Of a stretch of DNA of 24,000 bases, positions 1-6,550 are shown one piece after another. Position 1 is the first letter of the stretch, and each line of letters opens with the position of its first letter. Origin of the DNA: Aeromonas rivuli. GTDB lineage: Bacteria; Pseudomonadota; Gammaproteobacteria; Enterobacterales; Aeromonadaceae. The stretch is from NCBI RefSeq assembly GCF_000820045.1, contig NZ_CDBJ01000001.1, positions 20,621 to 44,620 on the forward strand. Direction: 5' to 3'. The position numbers were made by a program, and so were the translations under genes. Under the pieces are notes generated by a model that ran no database searches, was not told where the DNA came from, and worked only from the letters and a program-made list of their open reading frames with translations.

Positions 1-1808
1 CACAGCAGCGCCAGCAGCGGCTTGTTGACCGCGCCCAGCAGGGCCACGATGGGGCCACCGTGGGCCACGCTGTTGGTGATGCCGAACAGGAAGGCCATCA
101 CGGCGGCGGTCATGCTGCCCAGCACGTTGGCCGGAATGACCGCGAGCGGGTCACGGGCGGCAAACGGAATGGCCCCTTCGGAGATGCCCACCAGGCCCAT
201 GGCACCGGCGGCTTTGCCCGCTTCGATTTCGGAGGCATCGAACACATCCAGCTTGCGACCAATGAGGGTGGCGAAGGCCATGCCCAGTGGTGCGGCAGGA
301 ATGGCGCAGGCCATGGCGCCCATGAACTGGGTCTGGCCCGAGGCTATCATGCCCACCGAGAACAGGAAGGCGACCTTGTTGACCGGGCCCCCCATGTCAA
401 AGCCCGCCATGCCACCCAGCACTATGCCCAGCAGCACCATGCTGCCGCCGCTCATGGAGAGCAGCATGTTGTTGAGGCCGGTCATCATGTCGGCGATGGG
501 GGCGCCAATGATGAAGATGAACACCGCGGCAATGAACAGGGAACCGACGATGGGTGCAATCATGACCGGCACCAGGGGTTGCACCATCTTGCTGTAGTTG
601 CGGGTCGCTATCCAGCGCACCAGGTAGCCGACCAGCAGGCCCGCGACGATGGCACCGATAAAGCCGGTGCCGGCGTCGGCGCCGTAGAAGCTGCCGTCAT
701 TGGCTATCCAGCCGCCGATAAAGCCCGGCGCCAGGGCGGGGCGGTCGGCAATGGCATAGGCGATGTAGGCCGAGAGCACGGGGATCATCAGCTTGAAGGC
801 CACCACGCCGACGTTGAGGATCTGGTTCCACATGCTCCCTTCCGGGATCTGCATGCCGCTCGGGGTCGGGTGACCCCCGATGGCCAGTGCCAACGCAATC
901 AGCAGGCCGCCGGTGACCACGAAGGGGATCATGTGGGAGACGCCGTTCATCAGGAAACGGTAGAGATCGCCGCTGCCGCCACCGGCGCTCTGCTCCTCGC
1001 CCTTCTTGTCCTCTTTGTCTGCCACATAGGCTGGCGCCTTGAGCGCCTGCTCGATCAGCCCCTTGCCATCCTTGATGGGGGCCTTGACCCCGGTCTTGAT
1101 GAGCGGCTTGCCGTTGAAGCGGGTCATGTCCACCTGCTTGTCACAGGCCACCACGATGGCGCTGGCGCGGGCAATGTCGGCCGCAGTCGGGCTGTTCTTG
1201 ACGCCGATGGAGCCGTTGGTCTCCACCTTTATCTCATAGCCCAGCTCCTTGGCGGCGCGCTCCAGGGACTCGGCGGCCAGATAGGTGTGGGCGATACCGG
1301 CCGGGCAGCCGGTGACGCCGATGATGAAGCCTTTGTCGGCGACTGGGGCGGCTTGCTCTTCTTTCTTCTCGAGCAGCAGGGCCAGTGCGGCGGCCGGGGT
1401 CTTGGCGGCCAGCAGTTTGGCGATAAAGCCCTCTTCGATCAGCTTGGCGGAGAGCTCGGCCAGCACCTCGATATGGTGGTTGGCGCCACCGGCCGGGGAG
1501 GCAATCATGAAGAACAATTTGGAGGGCTGCCCATCCTCGGCGCCGTAGTCGATGCCGGCTCGGCTGATGCCGATGGCCACCGCCGGGGTGCTCACCGCCG
1601 CGCTCTTGGCGTGGGGCAGGGCAACCCCCTCCTCGAAGCCGGTGTTGTCCAGCGCTTCCCGGGCCCACAGGTCCTTGATGAACTGCTGCTCATCGCTGAC
1701 TTTTCCCTGGGCGACCAGCAATCGGGCCATCTCGCTGAAGACCTCCTCCTTGCATGTCGCTGTTAAATCGAGATTGATCAGATGCTCGTTGATAAGGGTG
1801 GTGATCAT
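1..1808 (-). CDS. PTS fructose-family enzyme II, domain order EIIA-EIIB-EIIC; 3' end runs off the left window edge (partial)
   Basis: Absent from the ORF track because it has no stop inside the window. Hand translation of the minus strand from ATG 1808..1806 (GGAG 6 nt upstream) gives MITTLINEHLINLDLTATCKEEVF...DNTGFEEGVALPHAKS (EIIA Fru/Mtl-type His loop), then FIIGVTGCPAGIAHTYLAAESL (EIIB-Fru Cys loop), then GFDMGGPVNKVA and GISEGAIPFA (EIIC). The frame stays open to position 1. Clear paralog of ORF 10756..12663. Confidence 0.88.
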   Translation of the reverse strand, partial: MITTLINEHLINLDLTATCKEEVFSEMARLLVAQGKVSDEQQFIKDLWAREALDNTGFEEGVALPHAKSAAVSTPAVAIGISRAGIDYGAEDGQPSKLFFMIASPAGGANHHIEVLAELSAKLIEEGFIAKLLAAKTPAAALALLLEKKEEQAAPVADKGFIIGVTGCPAGIAHTYLAAESLERAAKELGYEIKVETNGSIGVKNSPTAADIARASAIVVACDKQVDMTRFNGKPLIKTGVKAPIKDGKGLIEQALKAPAYVADKEDKKGEEQSAGGGSGDLYRFLMNGVSHMIPFVVTGGLLIALALAIGGHPTPSGMQIPEGSMWNQILNVGVVAFKLMIPVLSAYIAYAIADRPALAPGFIGGWIANDGSFYGADAGTGFIGAIVAGLLVGYLVRWIATRNYSKMVQPLVPVMIAPIVGSLFIAAVFIFIIGAPIADMMTGLNNMLLSMSGGSMVLLGIVLGGMAGFDMGGPVNKVAFLFSVGMIASGQTQFMGAMACAIPAAPLGMAFATLIGRKLDVFDASEIEAGKAAGAMGLVGISEGAIPFAARDPLAVIPANVLGSMTAAVMAFLFGITNSVAHGGPIVALLGAVNKPLLALL

Positions 1809-1920
1809 GGCGTTCTCCCTGCTCCTGGCCGGAGCCTGTTGGCATCTCTTCCCGGATTGCCGCCCGGGACATGCAGACAAAGTTGACACTCATATTATGG
1901 TGGCATAGCGGCCACTGCCC

Positions 1921-1956
1921 TATCGGACAAACATGCTGTTTACTGGATTTTTGTGC
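1921..1956 (-). promoter_or_regulatory. Conserved upstream element shared with the second PTS paralog (copy 1)
   Basis: Plus-strand TATCGGACA-N9-TTTACTGGATTTTTGTGC lies 113 nt upstream of the 1808 start. It recurs at 12742..12777 with 31/36 identical bases (9/9, 4/9, 18/18 by my count). A further shared GAGCCTG(T)GATCC follows at 1974..1984 and 12787..12799. Confidence 0.45.
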
Positions 1957-2253
1957 GGTAAAATCCTGAATGTGAGCCTGATCCCAAAGCGAGCTATTGG
2001 TCTAAGATAGTAAGGTGTTTGTATTTTTACACATAAAATCATGATGTTAGTTTATGTATAGTTGTGGTGCTATCGCTGTAGCCCTACCAGTCTGGGCGAG
2101 AGAGAGAAGCCTGTTCTGTAAATTTGTGAGGGTTTATGATGGGGTTAGATGTGAGCCAACGCACATAAATGGCAGCCGTCAGGGGGAGGCAGGTGGAGAA
2201 GAGGGAGGGCAAGCTGGAGAAATGGAGGCAAGCGGAGATCGGCGCAACAGAGC

Positions 2254-2355
2254 ATCAATGGGCAGCCGTAGGGTGCAATGAACGGAGAGAATTGCACCGC
2301 CGAGCACGGTGGCAAGAATGGGCATCGCGGTGCAATGCGCGTTGCTTATTGCACC
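2254..2355 (+). repeat. Two tandem degenerate repeat units, each ending in a perfect GGTGCAAT-N11-ATTGCACC hairpin/dyad
   Basis: Dyad 1 is 2272..2279 / 2291..2298 with spacer GAACGGAGAGA. Dyad 2 is 2329..2336 / 2348..2355 with spacer GCGCGTTGCTT. Centres are 57 bp apart. Each is preceded by a related AATGGGCA(G/T)C.. segment, and a third partial copy AAATGGCAGCCGTCAGGG sits at 2167..2184. Confidence 0.7.
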
Positions 2356-2817
2356 CTGCCTGGCTTATTAGCCCTGCGGTTGCCGCCGGTTGGCAATGCG
2401 ATGCACTAACCCTACAATCCCTGCATAACGGCCGCGACACCGATCACGATCAGAGAGAGACGTCCCACCTCTCGCTAAAGCAAATCCATATGAATATCCT
2501 GCCGGATAAATTCCGGGTTCAAGCCGAGTGGCGCCGCAATGGCCAGACGGGATATGAATTTCACAAGTAATCTGGTTTAGTTTTTGGGGGACGTCCGTAT
2601 TGATTTATTCTTGTATCATCCAGTTAGCTATATTGGGGAAAGTAAGGACACGCTTTAATTTGGACACTTTTCAGCTTGCTCTTTCGACACAAACATCAGG
2701 CGCCATTGAATTAAGCATCAGCCTACTCCGCTGAAGGTTGCCGTGGCGTTCGAAAATTCAATATCCAAGCTACGCCAATACCCGGATCAGCTTTGCTAGT
2801 CGAATATAAGGGCGCTA

Positions 2818-3231
2818 TTATTTACGTGGCATCATCATCCATAGACCGCAGAGGGCGACACCCATGCCCAGCAATCGAGTGACTGAAAAAGCTTCTCGAA
2901 AAAACAACAGTCCAATAGGTAAAAGCAAGAGTGTACCTGCCGCATTGGTCAGGAATGAAGATATCCCCAGATGGCCACCTGCTCGATATAGCAACAAGAA
3001 GCCAAGCTCAATCCCTAAAATTCCCAGCGCCACGCCAGCAACACTCCAGTTTAATATTTGGACGCTGCGACTACCGTCATAAAAATAAATGCCAGGTAAA
3101 CATAATAAAAGGGCGATGCCATAACTCAAGGACAAAGATAAAAATGGATTGACACCACTAGGTACAAATTTAATCGAAAGGTGGTATACGACCGAACCTG
3201 CGATAGCAAGAATGACAGCTAAAACGTACAT
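2818..3231 (-). CDS. Small single-EamA-domain (DMT superfamily) membrane protein, putative metabolite exporter
   Basis: 137-aa ORF, very hydrophobic with about 4 predicted TM helices. The C-terminal PIGLLFFREAFSVTRLLGMGVALCGLWMM resembles the EamA domain end motif. GGAG lies 6 nt before the ATG. It is divergent from a LysR gene and G+C is visibly lower than in flanking genes. Confidence 0.65.
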   Translation of the reverse strand: MYVLAVILAIAGSVVYHLSIKFVPSGVNPFLSLSLSYGIALLLCLPGIYFYDGSRSVQILNWSVAGVALGILGIELGFLLLYRAGGHLGISSFLTNAAGTLLLLPIGLLFFREAFSVTRLLGMGVALCGLWMMMPRK

Positions 3232-3294
3232 CGTGAACTCCAGCTAAAAAATAAAAGCATGCTCACTCTAGCGGATGCCATAGCTCATAGGTAG

Positions 3295-3315
3295 ACTGCA
3301 AAAATGAATGGCAGT
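3295..3315. promoter_or_regulatory. Candidate LysR-type (LTTR) box, ACTGC-N11-GCAGT dyad in the divergent promoter region
   Basis: ACTGC (3295..3299), an 11-nt AT-rich spacer and GCAGT (3311..3315) sit in the 98-bp gap between the divergent EamA-like and LysR genes. The interrupted dyad with N11 spacing is the classic LTTR site architecture. Confidence 0.35.
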
Positions 3316-3329
3316 TATAAGATTCCTTT

Positions 3330-4208
3330 ATGACAAATGACTTTGATACCGCGCTGCTGCGCTCTTTCGTGAGTGTTGTACGATGTGGCAGCATTAACCG
3401 GGCCGCAATATTGCAAGGGAAAACCCAGCCAGCGCTTAGCCAGCAAATTCAGCGTTTAGAGCAGCAACTAGGCCATGCATTGCTGCTTCGATCCAACAGA
3501 GGAATACGTTTAAGTACGGAGGGGGAGGCGTTATTACCTTATGCAGAACGCATTTTGAGTCTGACCGATCAACTGAGTCTAAAGCCTGCATCACAAGGTA
3601 AACTGCATTGCAGTATTGGTTTGGTTGAAGATCTGGTGAGTAATCACTTTACCCGCGTATTAGCAGACTTTGCTTGTGTGCATCCTGGATTAAGCTTGCG
3701 GGTTGAGGTGACCAATAAGCAGTCGCTATTTGCTGCGTTTGAACGTGGTGAGTTGGATGTGTTGGTCAGCATGCCGATTGCCAATGCACCAGCACCCATT
3801 CAGGAATTTAGTTTTCCACTTTATTGGTTTGCAGCTAATGGGTTCGTACATCAAGGTGAATCATTACCTTTAGTCATTTTTAGTCAACCTTGCTCATGGC
3901 GTAATCGTACATTAGAGGCATTGAATAGAAACGGTATTCCTTGGCATATAGTATTTGAGAGCAGTAGCCTTGCAGCTTTACAGGCTGCTACAGAGGCTGG
4001 GCTGGGCGTCGTCGCTTTATTTTCTCAAACACCCCCACATCATAGCCAGAGATTGACCCAGCTCCCTGCACTCCCAAATATTACAATTGCAGTTTATCGC
4101 CAGCGGGGAGACATGGATAAAACGGTTCAAGATTTAACCAATCTGTTTCTAAGAGAAATGCAGCATAATCATAATGTTGTAACGCTAAATGATGGTGAAG
4201 GACAGTAG
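3330..4208 (+). CDS. LysR-family transcriptional regulator
   Basis: 292-aa ORF. The N-terminal winged-HTH LRSFVSVVRCGSINRAAILQGKTQPALSQQIQRLEQQLGHALLLRSNRGIRLSTEGEALL is typical of LTTRs, followed by a substrate-binding-type C-terminal domain. Divergent to a small exporter-like gene. Confidence 0.9.
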   Translation: MTNDFDTALLRSFVSVVRCGSINRAAILQGKTQPALSQQIQRLEQQLGHALLLRSNRGIRLSTEGEALLPYAERILSLTDQLSLKPASQGKLHCSIGLVEDLVSNHFTRVLADFACVHPGLSLRVEVTNKQSLFAAFERGELDVLVSMPIANAPAPIQEFSFPLYWFAANGFVHQGESLPLVIFSQPCSWRNRTLEALNRNGIPWHIVFESSSLAALQAATEAGLGVVALFSQTPPHHSQRLTQLPALPNITIAVYRQRGDMDKTVQDLTNLFLREMQHNHNVVTLNDGEGQ

Positions 4209-4750
4209 ATCACTGAAGAAAGGGGGCTCAGCCCAGTTTGTGCGATCAGGAAGCGCTTCATGGGCCACGAGCCACCGTTTCGATTGCCGTCTCGTTAGAT
4301 ATATGGCTCATCTCATATCCTGGGCTAAAAATCATGAGCTGGTGCTGAACGAAGTGAAGCCAAGGTTTACCGCGACATGTATCGTTAATTCTGGTGTGCC
4401 AATTTCTTGCATCCACGTTTATTCCGTTCTGGCTGGCGCAATAATGCTCCCCTGTCGGGACTCACTACGCTCTGCGCCACCCTAAAAACCACGCGACCAC
4501 CTGTGATGACAGCCTCCAGTCTGCTGCGGTTAATCGGTGATATAGCGGGACATGGCCGTTCGATGACCTTGTTGCGGCACAGGCTGCGATCCCGAGGGAG
4601 TCTGGTTGCAAGTGGGGCATAGCAAGCGGTGGTAGAAGGGGTAAACGGCGCTTTGCGAGCAACTGGCCGGGGATCAACACATGAGTGAGAGTGCGGGCAT
4701 ATTTGTGCAGCAGCAGGCTGATCACCCCCTTTAGTGGATGCAACTGGCGT

Positions 4751-5020
4751 TCAATACTCGAGAAATTTCTCGCCGCAGCGCTCGCAAATCAGGTGCTTCA
4801 CATGGGTGGCCTGATAGGCGAGGGTCTCGCCAAATACCCAGTTGGTGATGCTGCTGGCGCGAAAGGCTTGCCAGAAGGCCTTGCGCGGCTCCTTGGGCAT
4901 GATGTCCTGGCTGTGGTCTCGGGCAACCAGCACCACGATATGGTGAGTGCGCTCCCCGCACTGGTCGCAGCGATGGACTTCGCTCTGTGGTTCGGTCTGT
5001 GCCTGCTGTGTTGTTACCAT
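4751..5020 (-). CDS. Hypothetical small zinc-ribbon protein (CxxC...CxxC)
   Basis: This is the track ORF 4751..5137 shortened to Met40 (ATG 5020..5018), which has GGGAG 8 nt upstream. The longer form would contain a CCCCCA-CAT-TGGGGG hairpin (5080..5094). The product MVTTQQAQTEPQSEVHRCDQCGERTHH...HLICERCGEKFLEY has two CxxC pairs. Third codon positions are G/C-rich like host genes. I do not recognise the family. Confidence 0.4.
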   Translation of the reverse strand: MVTTQQAQTEPQSEVHRCDQCGERTHHIVVLVARDHSQDIMPKEPRKAFWQAFRASSITNWVFGETLAYQATHVKHLICERCGEKFLEY

Positions 5021-5196
5021 GACATCGACTCCCGCTCTGGATGGCGCGCCCATCATAGGTTTATTCACTGGCCTCTCAACCCCCAATGTGGGGGAGTCAG
5101 CCATGGGGGGAGGGCGCCTCTTGAACTCGGTCTGCATGGCCAGGGGATGACGCGCTGGTGCCAGCGAATGGGCAGCCAGGAAGCCTTGCCTGAGCC

Positions 5197-6264
5197 TCAG
5201 GCCGATTCTCGTTTTTGCAGGTTGGGGGTGATGATATGGCGGTTGGGGGCGAGATCCGGTTGCTGCATCCGGGTCAGCAGCCGCTGGGCGGCCTGGCGGC
5301 CAATCTCCCGGGCCGGTGAGCTGACGAAGGTGAGGGCGGGGGAGGTGAGTTCCGCCTCCGCCACGTCGTCAAAGCCGAGCAGCGCCACTTGCTGGCCGAT
5401 GTAGTTGTCCTTGCCGACGCTGCGCCCGCTCGCCTCCACCCCGTAGATGCCCCCCAGCGCCACCTCGGGATAGTGACAGAGGATGGCGGTCACCTTGGGA
5501 TGCTGATGCAGCAGCTGGGCTATGGTGTCGGCGGCGCTGCGCTGGGTGCGCTCGCACTCCAATATCCACTCGGGTTTGAAGGGCAGGCCATATTGCAGCA
5601 GGCTGGCGCAGTAGCCGCCGATCCGCTCGGCGCGGGCCAGGGAGTCGGCCCGTCCCCCCACGTAGGCGATATGGCGATGACCCTGCTCGATGAGATAGGT
5701 GGTGGCCTGCTGGGCGGCGTGGCTGTTGTCCGGGCCGATAAAGTCCACATCATCGCGATAGTAGGAGCGGGCGGCGCACACCACCGGCAATTGCGAGTCG
5801 AGCAGGGTCTGCAGCGTCTTGGCCGCCGCGCCGCGCACCGGATTGAAGATGATGCCAGCCACCCCCTGGCGCGACAGGGACTGGATGCTCTGCTGCAACC
5901 GCTCCGGGCTGTGGCCGCACTGGGTCAGAAACAGCAGATAGCCCTGCTGCTCCAGCACCTCACTCACCCCGGCGGTCACCTCGGTATAGAAGGGGTCGGT
6001 GATGTCGCGCAGGATCAAGCCCACCAGATTGGAGTGCTGGCTGCGCAGGTTGGCGGCGGCGCTGTTGGGCACATAATCGAGTTGCCTGATGGCCTGCTGC
6101 ACCCGCTCTGCGGTGGCGGGGGAGATACGCCCCTTGCCGTTGAGCACCATGGAGACGGTGGTGACCGAGACCCCCGCCAGCTCTGCCACGTCGGTGATCT
6201 TGGCCAGTTTCGCAGCTTGCGGTCTGGGCGACATAGGATTGGATGGCATGGAGTGTGACGACAT
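5197..6264 (-). CDS. malI: LacI/GalR-family repressor, MalI-like
   Basis: 355-aa ORF with LacI HTH KITDVAELAGVSVTTVSMVLNGKGRISPATAERV and a periplasmic-binding-fold core. It resembles E. coli MalI as I remember it and is divergent from malX-malY, as in E. coli. The true start may be Met6 or Met11 (6249 or 6234). Confidence 0.85.
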   Translation of the reverse strand: MSSHSMPSNPMSPRPQAAKLAKITDVAELAGVSVTTVSMVLNGKGRISPATAERVQQAIRQLDYVPNSAAANLRSQHSNLVGLILRDITDPFYTEVTAGVSEVLEQQGYLLFLTQCGHSPERLQQSIQSLSRQGVAGIIFNPVRGAAAKTLQTLLDSQLPVVCAARSYYRDDVDFIGPDNSHAAQQATTYLIEQGHRHIAYVGGRADSLARAERIGGYCASLLQYGLPFKPEWILECERTQRSAADTIAQLLHQHPKVTAILCHYPEVALGGIYGVEASGRSVGKDNYIGQQVALLGFDDVAEAELTSPALTFVSSPAREIGRQAAQRLLTRMQQPDLAPNRHIITPNLQKRESA

Positions 6265-6328
6265 AGAGCGCGCGTTGCAGCCAGGGACAAGAGATCAGAT
6301 AGCCACAGCATAACCCCTCATATCCCCA

Positions 6329-6344
6329 AGTGAAACGTTACATC
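6329..6344. promoter_or_regulatory. Degenerate LacI-type operator (second MalI box candidate)
   Basis: AGTGAAAC|GTTACATC is centred on CG and matches the perfect operator at 6430..6445 at 11/16 positions. It lies about 65-80 bp upstream of the malI start. Confidence 0.4.
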
Positions 6345-6429
6345 CCGCGGGCATGGATCTGCCTCACAGATTTGCGACAGGCTGCCATCTTTGCCCATGA
6401 TTCTGTGATCTTGTCGGCACTTGTGAGTT

Positions 6430-6445
6430 GATAAAACGTTTTATC
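6430..6445. promoter_or_regulatory. Perfect 16-bp palindromic LacI-family operator, probable MalI binding site
   Basis: GATAAAAC|GTTTTATC is a perfect inverted repeat with central CG. It sits in the malI-malX divergent intergenic region, about 105-120 bp upstream of the malX ATG. Confidence 0.7.
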
Positions 6446-6550
6446 ATCCATAAAACCTGATGGGACTCCGCCCCTGCTTGCGTTTATCAACCAGGGGGGT
6501 GAAGAAGAGCGACATCGGGACCTGACCTTCAACTCACAAGGATCCGTCAC

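Noticed and set aside
60-1766. 568-aa plus-strand ORF, with 22..597, 1039..1239, 1285..1548 and 1552..1908
   Set aside because: Low-complexity G/A/H/R-rich translations with no recognisable motifs, lying exactly antisense to a well-supported PTS gene. These are typical shadow ORFs of high-GC coding DNA.
2100-2160. GacA/UvrY box upstream of the GGA-rich region (TGTAAATTTGTGAGGG, TGTGAGCC)
   Set aside because: No palindromic partner (CTTACA/CTCACA) is present, so it is not a credible TGTAAG-N6-CTTACA site. This weakens the Csr/Rsm sRNA interpretation.
2254-2355. Possible CRISPR-like repeat array
   Set aside because: There are only two full copies. The repeat is an interrupted dyad, not a direct repeat separated by unique spacers of constant size, and no cas genes are present.
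2505-2530. tRNA T-arm-like string CCGGGTTCAAGCCGAG, which could hint at a tRNA or att site next to the low-GC islet
   Set aside because: The flanking bases do not form a T-stem, and no acceptor, anticodon or D arm can be built around it.
2169-2570. 133-aa plus-strand ORF (and 2054..2281, 2255..2440) across the repeat/hairpin region
   Set aside because: The reading frame is created by the purine-rich tract and the DNA repeats (repeated W..GCNE / RCNA reflects the hairpin units). It is rich in AGG/AGA codons, which are atypical for the host, and has no SD or recognisable domain. I kept it as a non-coding candidate instead, but a decayed gene cannot be excluded.
6400-6428. CRP site in the malI-malX region (TGTGATCTTGTCGGCA)
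   Set aside because: Only the left half-site matches. The right half (CGGCA against TCACA) is poor, so I am not confident enough to call it.
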